Source: a virus | Lineage: Duplodnaviria > Caudoviricetes | Length of the DNA stretch: 64,000 nt | Strand: one strand, 5' to 3' | Virus record (IMG/VR): IMGVR_UViG_2627853856_000004 | Span: 1-64,000 of that record | Shown: positions 49,410 to 58,833 of the stretch, one piece after another | Layout of the letters: each line of letters opens with the position of its first letter | Position numbering within the stretch: the first letter of the stretch is position 1 | Position numbers and translations under genes: made by a program | The notes under the pieces: generated by a model | Told to the model about the DNA's origin: nothing | Databases searched by the model: none | The model's input: only the letters and a program-made list of their open reading frames with translations

Positions 49410-50497
49410 GCCGGGAACCCGTTATGCTCGACGCCATCGAGCAGCCGCCCGGTGATCTTCTTCGTTCCCCGGAACATTGTGCCGGCCGGCGCGGTCAGCA
49501 GGGGCGCGAACACCCCCCATTGCTTGAACAGGAACGGGACCCCGGCTTCCGCGCATAGATCGCGCAGCAGGCGAACCCATTCAGGGTCCATCGGTCGTGC
49601 CCCGGCGCCGCTCTCGCCGCCGGCGACAACCCAATCGAGCTTCCGCGTCAATTGCCCATCCCCGCCATGGCGGCGGCAACCGGGATCATAGCCTGCGAAA
49701 CTATCGCAGGCGCAGTCGCCCCAACATTCGGGGCTAAGCACGTCTTCGCCTTGCACGCCGGTCAGATCGATAAACCCCAGCAACGGCTCGGCGGAGATCC
49801 ACCGCAACGCGGCCGGCGTCGCGAGCAAATCCGGGATGCGTTCATCTGCCGTCCGCTGATCCTCGACCGATACGCCGAGCCATACATTGGGGAGCGGCTG
49901 CCGGGGCCAAGCTGGCCGACCGATCAGATTGCCATCCTTTGTCCAGAAGCGGTCTCGATCGAAGAGTTCGCCGGCGGCGAGGGTGATTTCGTCGATCGCG
50001 AGGTTGATTTGATCCCATCGATCGCCCGGCCGGGTCTCGGCGGGGATTTCGATTACATCACTGCCGCCAAGGTCTAGGCGCCGCGCCGGTGCCGGCTGCC
50101 ATGTCTCGGCGAAGTACGCCCGCATCCGGTCCGCGCGTTTCGTTAACACCTGAAACTGATGATGCGGGCAGAGCGCCATGACCGCGAAAACGCGGTCGAT
50201 CCATTCATCCGGCACCGCCTCATGGAACAGGTCGCCATGGGCTACGACGAAGATACGGCGCGGCCGCGTCCAGCGCAGCGGCTGCATCAGCCATTCGTCG
50301 TTGAAGCGGACCTTGCCGGTCCACACCGGCCCCGCCTTACTATCGACCGTCAGCCCAGCCCGCGACGGGTGATGCCGCAGCCGCGTGCCCGCCAGCTTCA
50401 TGGCGTAGCAGTTCGTGCAACCCGCGCTGTGGACCGAGCAGCCAGTGATCGGGTTCCACGTCGCGTCGGTCCATTCGATTGACGTTCCATCAGCCAT
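49406..50497 (-). CDS. DUF5131 (Gp37/Gp68) protein
   Basis: IEWTDATWNP, GCTNCYA, LTKR, GGESG, FKQWG. Confidence 0.9.
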   Translation of the reverse strand: MADGTSIEWTDATWNPITGCSVHSAGCTNCYAMKLAGTRLRHHPSRAGLTVDSKAGPVWTGKVRFNDEWLMQPLRWTRPRRIFVVAHGDLFHEAVPDEWIDRVFAVMALCPHHQFQVLTKRADRMRAYFAETWQPAPARRLDLGGSDVIEIPAETRPGDRWDQINLAIDEITLAAGELFDRDRFWTKDGNLIGRPAWPRQPLPNVWLGVSVEDQRTADERIPDLLATPAALRWISAEPLLGFIDLTGVQGEDVLSPECWGDCACDSFAGYDPGCRRHGGDGQLTRKLDWVVAGGESGAGARPMDPEWVRLLRDLCAEAGVPFLFKQWGVFAPLLTAPAGTMFRGTKKITGRLLDGVEHNGFPA

Positions 50498-50681
50498 GAG
50501 CCGCCTCCAATGCGTCGGGAAGATGCAGGCCGGCTTCGAGCCCGGCCGCGCAGGCGCGCAGACGTTGCGCGGCGAAGGCCAGCTCGCCGGCCGGCACGTC
50601 GAGGCCGGCGCCGCTCTTCACGGCATCGGCTTCGGCAGTCAGCCAGGCGACGGCTGCCGCGATCTCGGGGCTGGGCTTCAT
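50490..50681 (-). CDS. Hypothetical protein
   Basis: Coupled in the early operon. Confidence 0.5.
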   Translation of the reverse strand: MKPSPEIAAAVAWLTAEADAVKSGAGLDVPAGELAFAAQRLRACAAGLEAGLHLPDALEAAHG

Positions 50682-50929
50682 CGCGCCAGCGCCTTCAGGT
50701 CGGCGAGTCGCGCTTCGAGCCGCGCGATCGTCTCGGGCAGCCGCAGCATCCGATGATAGTGCGTGTTGTCGAGGCGGCGCAGCTCTTCGGCCTGAGCGGG
50801 GGTCCGCTCCGCAGCAGGGATCGCGCGCAACGTGTCCATATAAGTGCGCAATTCGGCCATGCTCAAGCCGGTGCGCTTATTGCCACCCTGTTGCCGGGGC
50901 GGGCGCCGATACTTCACCGTCGCCATCAT
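50678..50929 (-). CDS. Hypothetical protein
   Basis: Coupled in the early operon. Confidence 0.5.
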   Translation of the reverse strand: MMATVKYRRPPRQQGGNKRTGLSMAELRTYMDTLRAIPAAERTPAQAEELRRLDNTHYHRMLRLPETIARLEARLADLKALAR

Positions 50930-51486
50930 TGGCCGACCCGCTTGAAAGCGTCCACGACGAATGCCCACAGCTCGCCCGCGCTCAGCTGGAAGCGGTCGAA
51001 CGACTGATCGAACTCGTAACCATGCTCGATCAGCGACGCCGCATGAACCGTCCCTTCGGTCAGCTTCGTCATGAGCGTGATCACCACGCCTTCATTCGGC
51101 GTGTCGTGATACTGCAGCATCGGCATGAAGTAGCGCTGGCCTATCTGATGCACTTCCAGCTGCGGGTCATCGACATGAACGCGGCCCGCGACATAGGAAA
51201 GCCGGCCGCCCTTCTCTGATCGCGGCCCGTCATGGGAGATCAGGTCGTGGCCGCCTCTTGGGTCCTCGATCACCTTCCAGCGCCGATTGATCTGCGTGCC
51301 AGCGATCACTTGGCTCTCGAACGAGAAGCGGTGGTTATGGATCGCCGACTGCGCAAAGCAGCTCCGCCGGGGCAGATCAGGATGCCAGACATGCAACCGC
51401 TGATGCTCCGGCAGTTTCACCTGTATGAAGCCGAGACCATGCAAGCTGATCTGTTCGGCAACCGCCGCGAAGTCCTTCCCGTTCAC
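50926..51486 (-). CDS. Cupin-like hypothetical protein
   Basis: RLHVW...IHNHRFSFESQV...YH His pattern. Confidence 0.55.
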   Translation of the reverse strand: MNGKDFAAVAEQISLHGLGFIQVKLPEHQRLHVWHPDLPRRSCFAQSAIHNHRFSFESQVIAGTQINRRWKVIEDPRGGHDLISHDGPRSEKGGRLSYVAGRVHVDDPQLEVHQIGQRYFMPMLQYHDTPNEGVVITLMTKLTEGTVHAASLIEHGYEFDQSFDRFQLSAGELWAFVVDAFKRVGQ

Positions 51487-51824
51487 GCCACTTTCCTCTG
51501 CTGTGTTTCCCATGCGCGCGCCCACAGGCGGGCAATCTCAATCGGCACGCCGACGCTCTCCGCGATCACTGGCAACAGGCTGGTGCCGTGATGGTCGAGC
51601 CGCGCGTCAAAGGCTTCGCGGCGATCCCCGAAGGGCTCGCCATCCGGGCCGATACAGTCCGGGCAGACGTGGAGCTTGTCTCGGCCGCTCGGCACCAGCT
51701 TCCAGCCGATGGGCAGATCGGCTCGGCTGAGCGCGCCGCTGCGCGCGTTGCGATGCTCGATCGTCTCGCCCTCGGCACCGCAGCCGTCGCAACGAGCGAT
51801 GCAAGGGAAGCCGTGGAAAATCAC
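51483..51824 (-). CDS. Zn-finger hypothetical protein
   Basis: CDGC...CPDC. Confidence 0.5.
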   Translation of the reverse strand: MIFHGFPCIARCDGCGAEGETIEHRNARSGALSRADLPIGWKLVPSGRDKLHVCPDCIGPDGEPFGDRREAFDARLDHHGTSLLPVIAESVGVPIEIARLWARAWETQQRKVA

Positions 51825-52450
51825 CGCTTCACCCCCTCGACCACGCTGGTCGCGTTGCGCGACGACAGGATCGTGATGATCCGCCCCGGTGCCCAAGGGC
51901 TGATCTCGTTCGAGATGAAGCGGTCGGCGACCAGACACTTGAGCAGATAGCTCGCGCGGTTGCCGTCAGAGAGGCCGGCCTTGAGCGCCAGTTCCTTGTT
52001 CGTCGGGCAGGGCAGCGCCTTCTTCGCGTAAGCCTTCAGCACGGTCAGCAATCGCGCCTGATCGTCGTCGCGCGGCGGTATCTCGCGCGCGATGCGCATC
52101 GGTGCCGGCGGCGGCGTCCAGGGCTTGTCGAGCCGACGGATCACATACTGCACCGGCGACTTCGAGCTATCGTGGAACGCGAACACGATCTTGCGATCGT
52201 CGAGGTCGCGCACCGCCTCCGGCACCTTCGACCATTTCGGCAGACAACCCTCGGCATAGCCCAGCTCCGCGCCTGCAGCGGCCGACTTCACCCAGGCGAT
52301 CACCGCATCGAGCGGCATCGCCGAGCCGGTCGCACCGAAGCGCACTGGCTCCATCGCGCCGACCATGCGGGTCCGCCCGTCCTGAGCAACGGCTGAACCT
52401 GTCGAAGCCGGCGCCGAAGGATCGTTCGCGGGGAGCGCAGCCGCCATCAT
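51821..52450 (-). CDS. Winged-HTH hypothetical protein
   Basis: PCPTNKELA motif. Confidence 0.55.
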   Translation of the reverse strand: MMAAALPANDPSAPASTGSAVAQDGRTRMVGAMEPVRFGATGSAMPLDAVIAWVKSAAAGAELGYAEGCLPKWSKVPEAVRDLDDRKIVFAFHDSSKSPVQYVIRRLDKPWTPPPAPMRIAREIPPRDDDQARLLTVLKAYAKKALPCPTNKELALKAGLSDGNRASYLLKCLVADRFISNEISPWAPGRIITILSSRNATSVVEGVKR

Positions 52451-53052
52451 CGACGCGGCTCCGGCAGTTCGATGCCCAGGGCGTTGGCAAGGCAGCTGAC
52501 GATATCGGCGGCCGAGCCGCGATCGAGCGCGAGCGAGATGCCCTGCCCGGTCAGTATATAGCGATTCTCGCCCTCGCCACGGATGCAGCGGAACAGCTTG
52601 CCGACGTCTCGCGCGCCGAGCGTGCCGTGGATGATCGGCGACGACGGGGCTGGGGAGGCACTCGCGGCCCCGTCGTCACCTTCCGCTGCCGGGAGAGTCT
52701 CCGGGGGAAGCCCGGCGGCAGAATAGCTATTCGTCCAATCGCGCAGCCGGATCAGGCCGCCCGTCAGGTTGTAGATCACAAGGCCCTGTTCGGCGTGCAG
52801 CTTCGCGGTTCCCGCCAGCACACCGCCCAGGTCGATGCCAGCCGCCTCGATCGCAATGGACAGGTCGGCCGGATCGCTCATCAACCAATCGGCCAGCTTC
52901 ACCTGCGCCATCGTCAGCGACATATCGGCGGGCACGCCCCACCGGCTGCGCGCGTGCATGATCAGCTCGAGTCCAGTTGCTTCGCGCTCGATCAGCGATG
53001 CCGGAATGTCGAATCCCGCCGCGCGCGGATGCGCGCTATCACCCCCCACCAT
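52447..53052 (-). CDS. Hypothetical protein
   Basis: Operon position. Confidence 0.45.
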   Translation of the reverse strand: MVGGDSAHPRAAGFDIPASLIEREATGLELIMHARSRWGVPADMSLTMAQVKLADWLMSDPADLSIAIEAAGIDLGGVLAGTAKLHAEQGLVIYNLTGGLIRLRDWTNSYSAAGLPPETLPAAEGDDGAASASPAPSSPIIHGTLGARDVGKLFRCIRGEGENRYILTGQGISLALDRGSAADIVSCLANALGIELPEPRR

Positions 53053-53054
53053 GC

Positions 53055-53549
53055 TCACCCCTCCGCCTCGATCCGTTCGAGCAGCGCCCGCACCTCCGCC
53101 GCCTTCGACACAAGCTGGTCGGCCTCGGCCACCAGCGCCCCTCGGCGCACGTCCTCGGCGCAGAGTTTCCCATCGGCCAGCGCCACCGCCATCGCCGTGG
53201 ACACGTCCGAAAATTCCTTGATCAGCTCGGCTAACCGCAGATGCGCTTCGGTCGATCCGGGCAGCACGACGTTGGCGACGAACGATCCGCCGTTGCGCGC
53301 GCACATTTCGCGCGTGACGTGCGGCCAGCCGGGCAGGCCGACGGTGCGCGCTTCCAGATCGAGAGCAGCGTCAACCGGGATGAACGTGTCGACGTTGACC
53401 AGCGCATAGTCGCTGAAGGACTGCTGCCGCTTTATGCGCCGGCTATATTCGGCCGCGCGCGCCTGTCCGCCGGCCGCGTCGATCAGCTCGCCGGTGGCGA
53501 CCTTCAGCGACTGTCGCCGGGAATCATGCTGCACCATACGGTCACGCAT
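53055..53549 (-). CDS. CII-like regulatory protein
   Basis: LIDAAGG...KEFSDV...ALADG; downstream of cro. Confidence 0.6.
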   Translation of the reverse strand: MRDRMVQHDSRRQSLKVATGELIDAAGGQARAAEYSRRIKRQQSFSDYALVNVDTFIPVDAALDLEARTVGLPGWPHVTREMCARNGGSFVANVVLPGSTEAHLRLAELIKEFSDVSTAMAVALADGKLCAEDVRRGALVAEADQLVSKAAEVRALLERIEAEG

Positions 53550-53850
53550 CGATCCGCTCCCCGGTAAAACTCAGTGCATTACCGCTGGTGGCGGCGATCA
53601 TTTCGGACTCCAAACCACCGTTATGAGCAGGGCTTGGCGACGGACCATCGGAAGCGTGATCGTTGGGGGCGGAGCCGCCGGCTTGCCGCGTGGCGTCAAC
53701 GATAACGCCGTCTGCCCAATCGCCGCGAATGTCGAAGAAGCGGCCGATCTCCTCGGCGAGGTAATCCGCGAGAATGATGACCAGCCGCCAGCCCAGCCAG
53801 CCGAGCGCGACGATCAGGCCTCCGACTGTGAGCCCCCCCGCGTCCATCAT
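53542..53850 (-). CDS. Hypothetical membrane protein
   Basis: N-terminal TM; coupled to cro. Confidence 0.4.
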   Translation of the reverse strand: MMDAGGLTVGGLIVALGWLGWRLVIILADYLAEEIGRFFDIRGDWADGVIVDATRQAGGSAPNDHASDGPSPSPAHNGGLESEMIAATSGNALSFTGERIDA

Positions 53851-54122
53851 GGCGCTGTCGCCGGCACGAGCGGCAGCTGCGGCTCATCAGCTATCGCTTC
53901 GAGCGCGCTCGCCAGCTCCTCTGACTTGCCGCGCGCGGCCGCAGCCAGGCACACATGATCGAACCGAGCCTTGGACATGCCGATGCGGCGCCAGCTATCG
54001 ACGGTCGATGTCGGGGTGAAGGTGAAGCCGGATACGGTGCCGGTGCCGCCGAGGGCATCAAGCACCACGACGGCGCGCGCGCCGTCGAGGGCAAAGGGTT
54101 CGGGGAGGGTTTGTCCGTCCAT
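53847..54122 (-). CDS. Cro-like protein
   Basis: LDALGGT...STVDSWRRIG, divergent from cI. Confidence 0.75.
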   Translation of the reverse strand: MDGQTLPEPFALDGARAVVVLDALGGTGTVSGFTFTPTSTVDSWRRIGMSKARFDHVCLAAAARGKSEELASALEAIADEPQLPLVPATAP

Positions 54123-54128
54123 GGGCTG

Positions 54129-54196
54129 CTACATCCGATAATCGGATGTAGATTACAAGCAGAATTATCCGATTATAGGCGTTGCGATAATCGGAT
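54129..54196. promoter_or_regulatory. Operator cluster (OR-like)
   Basis: Palindrome CTACATCCGAT-A-ATCGGATGTAG plus two degenerate copies. Confidence 0.8.
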
Positions 54197-54215
54197 GGGT
54201 CGCCTTGATGGCGAA

Positions 54216-54803
54216 ATGGAAGAAACGCCGGCACAATGGGTCAAGCGCCGCATGGTCGAAAAGGGCCTGCGTCAGGTCGACCTCGCCAACGCGATCGGCG
54301 CCAACAACCCGAACAAGATCAGCAAGGCGTTCGCGGGCGATCGGCAGTTCAAGGTCCATGAGATGGACATCCTCCGCGCCCTGCTCGCGGAGGGACCACC
54401 CGCGACGCCGGTTGACGGCTCTGCAGTGCGGTACATCCCGTTTGTCGGAAAGGTGCCAGGCGGAAACTGGCGTGAGGCGGTTCAGCAGGCGCTGGGGACT
54501 ATCCCCGTCGCGGCGGAAGGAATGCCCGTCAATGCCGTAGCGCTGAAAGTCGTGGGCGACTCAATGAACAGGCTGGTGGATGACGGGGGCTATATCATCT
54601 TTGACCCCGATGACCGCTCGCTTTTCCCCGACAAATTCTATGTCATTCAGAACGCCGAGGGTGAGACCACCTTCAAGCAATTCAAGTCCGATCCGGCGAG
54701 GCTGGTGCCCTGCTCACTCAATCCGGCGTATCAGGACATATTGATCGGCGATCAGCCCTTCTCGATCGTCGGCCGCGTGATCGCCTTTCACGGCCGGCTA
54801 TAG
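54216..54803 (+). CDS. CI-like repressor (XRE plus S24 peptidase)
   Basis: HTH; VPGG cleavage region; GDSM Ser; TFK Lys. Confidence 0.9.
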   Translation: MEETPAQWVKRRMVEKGLRQVDLANAIGANNPNKISKAFAGDRQFKVHEMDILRALLAEGPPATPVDGSAVRYIPFVGKVPGGNWREAVQQALGTIPVAAEGMPVNAVALKVVGDSMNRLVDDGGYIIFDPDDRSLFPDKFYVIQNAEGETTFKQFKSDPARLVPCSLNPAYQDILIGDQPFSIVGRVIAFHGRL

Positions 54804-54810
54804 GCCAGCG

Positions 54811-55005
54811 TCAGGCGGCCTGCTCTTCAATGGAGAAAACTTTCTCCATCCCGCCGGGCACGATGGTGAACCACTGCCCCCACTCGTCATAGGCGCCCAA
54901 GCCCAGCTCGATCGCATCGCGGCGCGCATGTTCCCGATCGTCGCGCCAAGGCGCACTCGGCTTCCCAAAACACGTCACCCGATACCATCGAACTGCTGTA
55001 CGCAT
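54811..55005 (-). CDS. Small protein preceded by an SOS box
   Basis: RBS GAAGG; 64 aa, Trp-rich. Confidence 0.7.
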   Translation of the reverse strand: MRTAVRWYRVTCFGKPSAPWRDDREHARRDAIELGLGAYDEWGQWFTIVPGGMEKVFSIEEQAA

Positions 55006-55040
55006 CCTTCACCCCCTCTGAGTCGCGGCGATGAAATGTG

Positions 55041-55055
55041 GAACATTGGCAGAAC
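55041..55055. promoter_or_regulatory. LexA (SOS) box
   Basis: GAAC-ATTGGCA-GAAC, next to a minus-strand TTGACG at 55059..55064. Confidence 0.7.
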
Positions 55056-55080
55056 AAACGTCAATAAGGTCAATCACATA

Positions 55081-55128
55081 ATCCGATAGTCGGATTTTCC
55101 ATTTGCTATTAAGCTCCGATTATCGGAT
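55081..55128. promoter_or_regulatory. Operator pair (OL-like)
   Basis: ATCCGATAGTCGGAT and TCCGATTATCGGAT match the OR consensus. Confidence 0.8.
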
Positions 55129-55158
55129 ATGCCGACCGTCACAACGACGGAGGCAGCA

Positions 55159-55467
55159 ATGCACAGTTCCCAATTCGATCCCCTCGGCAGCGTCACCGAT
55201 TGGCTGAAGGCCCGCACGTACCGCGCCCCGCAGCAGAAGGACTGGACGCCCGAAGATAACCTCTTCGTGGACTATCATCGCCACGCCGAGGCCGCCGGTC
55301 TCGCGCCCAGCGAGCGGGTCGATCGCGAGACCTTCCGCAACGAACTCCACGCCATGTCCGATCGCGGCCCGGATCACCGTCTGGCGAAGGCCGAGGGATC
55401 AAGCCTCGAACGCTGGGTCGATTGCTGGCCGCGCACCTTGCGCCACGCCCAAAGGCTGGCCGCATGA
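55159..55467 (+). CDS. Hypothetical protein (homologue at 61894..62250)
   Basis: RBS GGAGG; WTP..L..DY and CWPR shared. Confidence 0.7.
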   Translation: MHSSQFDPLGSVTDWLKARTYRAPQQKDWTPEDNLFVDYHRHAEAAGLAPSERVDRETFRNELHAMSDRGPDHRLAKAEGSSLERWVDCWPRTLRHAQRLAA

Positions 55468-55736
55468 TCATCGTGATCCACGGCCCGCCGGCCTGCGGCA
55501 AAACCTTCAACCGCGAGCGGCTGCGCGAGCACTTCGGCTGCCGGCGTATCGTCGACAGCTGGGACGCGTATAGCGGACAGGGCGACGGCCGCAGTCAGCG
55601 CCTGCGCGACGGCGACCTGATCCTGACGTGCGACAGCCCGGAAGCGATCTACGGATCGAAGGCGCTACGCGGGATGTCCTATGGCGTCCACGCCTTCGAA
55701 GCGGCGATCGAAGCCGCCGGCGGGCGGATCAGCTGA
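55464..55736 (+). CDS. Small P-loop protein
   Basis: IHGPPACGKT. Confidence 0.6.
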   Translation: MIIVIHGPPACGKTFNRERLREHFGCRRIVDSWDAYSGQGDGRSQRLRDGDLILTCDSPEAIYGSKALRGMSYGVHAFEAAIEAAGGRIS

Positions 55737-56068
55737 TGCGCTGTTATCGCACCAGCACCGGCCTGTTCGTCGGCACTCAGGCGGAGGGCGGCGACGCCTT
55801 CTCGCGGATCGTCGTGCCCGACGACAAGCCCGCCCTGCTCAACTTCCTGAACGCCCTCGCGGGCGAGCAGCAACCCGAGCCAGCCGAGCGCGTCACGCCT
55901 TCGGCACCGCCTCCCATCCAGCCTGCACCGTCGCGCCAACCGACCGGGCCGATCACACTAGCCGACGCCGAGACCTTCATTCAGGAGGCCGACCACCGTC
56001 AGCTCGCCAGCCTCGCCGAGAACGTCATCCTGCGCATGCGCGAGTTGGGCAAGGGCGCGGGGCTATGA
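55736..56068 (+). CDS. Hypothetical protein
   Basis: TGATG coupling. Confidence 0.55.
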   Translation: MRCYRTSTGLFVGTQAEGGDAFSRIVVPDDKPALLNFLNALAGEQQPEPAERVTPSAPPPIQPAPSRQPTGPITLADAETFIQEADHRQLASLAENVILRMRELGKGAGL

Positions 56069-56268
56069 GGCGACTTCGCCTGATCGAATGGGGGCCGACG
56101 AAAGGGGAACGCGTCGCCAGTGGCGAATGCGCCATCGCCGGCTGTCGCGCACCGACCGATGGAGTCGTTACGCCCTATTGCCGCGTTCACAGGACCACCT
56201 TTGCCGGTTCGCCGTCGCCCTATCCATTCACGCCAGCCGGCCGCATGACGATCGGAGGGCGGCCATGA
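56065..56268 (+). CDS. Small Cys/His hypothetical protein
   Basis: ATGA coupling at both ends. Confidence 0.45.
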   Translation: MRRLRLIEWGPTKGERVASGECAIAGCRAPTDGVVTPYCRVHRTTFAGSPSPYPFTPAGRMTIGGRP

Positions 56269-56735
56269 CCCCCGCGCCCGCCATGACGCAAGATGGCTTC
56301 CATCCGGCCTTTGCCGAACTGGCCGAGCATATGCTCCGCGAGCGCGAGCGAGCTTGGCCCGATATGGTCAAGGCCGGCAAGCTGCCTCAGGGCACGGCCA
56401 GCCACCGCCTGTTCGTCCTGCGCTCGATCGCCGAAATCTGGCGGTGCGCGGCCGACAATCTCAACCCGAAGCGGCACTTCATGGGCGTCACCCGCGCCGA
56501 GGCGCTCGAAGAACTCGCGGTCGCGATCGACGCAGCCGAGACCCGCTGCCGCCACAAGCCAGAAGACGCCCAGCGCCAACTGCAGCGCGATCAGCTGATC
56601 GCCATGCGCTGGTGGCACGCCCGCTATCCCGCCGGCCGCACCTCCTACGCCATGAACATGCTTCTAATGGTCAAGCACGAGGCCAACCAGCTCGCGCAGG
56701 CGGCCGCCACCCCCGAGCAAAGGAACGCCGCATGA
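56265..56735 (+). CDS. Hypothetical protein (homologue at 61341..61778)
   Basis: R...P..V..GK, IA..WR.AAD, RD.L.AM.WW shared. Confidence 0.7.
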   Translation: MTPAPAMTQDGFHPAFAELAEHMLRERERAWPDMVKAGKLPQGTASHRLFVLRSIAEIWRCAADNLNPKRHFMGVTRAEALEELAVAIDAAETRCRHKPEDAQRQLQRDQLIAMRWWHARYPAGRTSYAMNMLLMVKHEANQLAQAAATPEQRNAA

Positions 56736-56923
56736 GCGAACGTCCGTTCATCGCTTGGTATGGGCAAGGCCCGCTGCCTGCAACCGGTTCGACCGTGGTG
56801 GAGGTCCAGCTGCGAATCGGCACGGTCCACGCCGAGCGGGCTGACTTTATCATGTGGTACTGGTGCCGCCGCTCAAAGACATCGTTCGATGTCGTCGCTT
56901 ATCGCTTGCCTGCGGCTGACTAA
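56732..56923 (+). CDS. Hypothetical protein
   Basis: ATGA coupling; DVVAYRL end. Confidence 0.5.
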   Translation: MSERPFIAWYGQGPLPATGSTVVEVQLRIGTVHAERADFIMWYWCRRSKTSFDVVAYRLPAAD

Positions 56924-56927
56924 GGCC

Positions 56928-57293
56928 GTGGACCATGCCCCCGCTATAAAGCCCGCTGGCGGAAATAGCGCCCCTCCCAGCCGTAACCGGACCTGTGCGG
57001 AGTGCCTCGCGCCCTATGCTAGCCCGCAGCCGGGACAGCTATTCTGCTCCCCGGCGCACCGCTTGGCCTTTCAGGATCGCATGCGCATCCGGGGCCGCCA
57101 GCTCGTCCCGCTCGAACTCGCGGTGATGGCAACGCGGCAAGGCCGCATCGGCGACAAGGATGCCGGCGTCCGTGCGGCGCGATCCGCCAACCGCCTCAAG
57201 CGCCAGTGGATCGTTGAGGATCGTGACGCCGGCCGGATGCCGATGGATCAATATATCCGCCGGCTGCTCAAGCATCACGATCTGCCGATATGA
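56928..57293 (+). CDS. Zn-binding hypothetical protein (homologue at 60589..60963)
   Basis: CAEC...LFCS.AHR.AFQ.RMRIRGRQL shared. Confidence 0.7.
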   Translation: MDHAPAIKPAGGNSAPPSRNRTCAECLAPYASPQPGQLFCSPAHRLAFQDRMRIRGRQLVPLELAVMATRQGRIGDKDAGVRAARSANRLKRQWIVEDRDAGRMPMDQYIRRLLKHHDLPI

Positions 57294-57502
57294 ACGCGCA
57301 GTCGGCCATGAAGGGCGCTCGCGCCTATCCCGGCAAGGTCGCGATCCGCCACGCGGTCGAGGCCGCGCGCGACCTCGGCCTTGACGTGGCCGGGATCGAA
57401 GTCACCCTAGACGGTACGATTCGCATACTCGAAGCCCGCGCCCAGCCGGCGATGAAATCAGAGTCGCTGTTCGATCAGCTCGAAGCCGAGGGAAAGATAT
57501 GA
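57290..57502 (+). CDS. Excisionase candidate
   Basis: Small ORF (IEVTLDGTIRI) upstream of the integrase. Confidence 0.5.
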   Translation: MNAQSAMKGARAYPGKVAIRHAVEAARDLGLDVAGIEVTLDGTIRILEARAQPAMKSESLFDQLEAEGKI

Positions 57503-57690
57503 ACGATCCGGAACGGCAAACGCCCCCGATCGACTGGACCTATAACGCGAACGGCCACACTGGCATGATCCCGCAGGCGTCTGAAGAAGAGGCGATGGCG
57601 CTGATTGATGGCCGGCCAGCTGTGCTGGTCGGCTATTCGTTCGACTTCGACGCCAGGGCCATCAAGTACCGCGCGCTCTATCTCCCATGA
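57499..57690 (+). CDS. Hypothetical protein
   Basis: Coupled to the integrase start. Confidence 0.45.
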   Translation: MNDPERQTPPIDWTYNANGHTGMIPQASEEEAMALIDGRPAVLVGYSFDFDARAIKYRALYLP

Positions 57691-58784
57691 TCGAAGGCGT
57701 CCACTATGTCCGCAGTGCCAAGCCCGGCAAGCCCGTGCGCTGGTACGTCTATGCGTGGCGCGGCGGCCCCGTCATCCTGAAGGCTGACGGCCCGACCAAG
57801 CCTAAGCTCGGCAGGGCTGAAGTCGCCGCCATCGCGGCAGCGCACGAAGATCAGAAAGCGGTCAAGGCCGACATGCTCGCCGGCGTCGCCCGCGCATGGC
57901 AACGCAGCCCCGAATGGCTGGGCCTTGCCAGTTCGACCCGCACCCTTTGGGGCGGCGAACTGGACCTGATCGAGGCCAAATGGGGCACGTTACCGATCGG
58001 CCTTTGGAACGATTACCGCATGGTCGCCAAGGTGATCGCATGGCGCGACAGCCGCGCCGCCACCCCGCGCGCCGCCGATCAGGGCGTCAAGGTTCTATCC
58101 GAGCTGCTGAAGTTCGCCAAGCTGCGCGCCATGATCAAGATCAACGTCGCCGCCGACGTGCCGGGCATCTATCGCGCCGCCGATCGCGCGGAGATCATCT
58201 GGACGCCTGAAGATCTGGAGAAGGCCGAGGCGGCCGCCATCGCGATCGAGCGGCCGCGCGCGCTGGATATCATCCGCCTCGCCTGTCTCACCGGTATGCG
58301 TCGCGCCGATCTCGCCGCCCTGACATGGGACGAGGTCTCGGATCATGCCATCATCCGCACGGCGCTGAAGCGCAGCCGGGGCCGCCGGCGGCGCGCAGTC
58401 ATCCCGATGCACCCCGAACTCGCCAAGCTGCTCGCCGAACTGCGCAAGCTGCCCCGCGCCGAAGGCGTCAATCATGTGCTGGTCGGCGCGCGCGGACGCC
58501 CTTGGAAACCGGAAAGCATCACCGAAGCCGTCATCGCCATCACGAAGGCTGGCGGCATCGCCGAGCCGGCCGTGCCCGAACTAGACCAGCCGGAACGCCG
58601 CAAGCACTTGCACGACTGCCGGGGCACCTTCGTGACGCACCTGTGCCGGGCAGGGCTTACCGACGAAGAGATCGCCAACATCGCGGCATGGTCGGTCGAA
58701 AGCGTCAGCCGAATCCGTCGCACCTATGTTGACGACGCGGCCGTTGTGGTGGCATTGAGCGAACGGATCAGGCGGGCGTTGTAA
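57687..58784 (+). CDS. int: Tyrosine integrase
   Basis: TGMRRAD, HDCRGT, W and Y residues in catalytic positions; adjacent to att. Confidence 0.92.
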   Translation: MIEGVHYVRSAKPGKPVRWYVYAWRGGPVILKADGPTKPKLGRAEVAAIAAAHEDQKAVKADMLAGVARAWQRSPEWLGLASSTRTLWGGELDLIEAKWGTLPIGLWNDYRMVAKVIAWRDSRAATPRAADQGVKVLSELLKFAKLRAMIKINVAADVPGIYRAADRAEIIWTPEDLEKAEAAAIAIERPRALDIIRLACLTGMRRADLAALTWDEVSDHAIIRTALKRSRGRRRRAVIPMHPELAKLLAELRKLPRAEGVNHVLVGARGRPWKPESITEAVIAITKAGGIAEPAVPELDQPERRKHLHDCRGTFVTHLCRAGLTDEEIANIAAWSVESVSRIRRTYVDDAAVVVALSERIRRAL

Positions 58785-58833
58785 AACGCCCTGTAAAACG
58801 AGGTGGCGATATGGCTGCTAAGTGCTTGAATAT

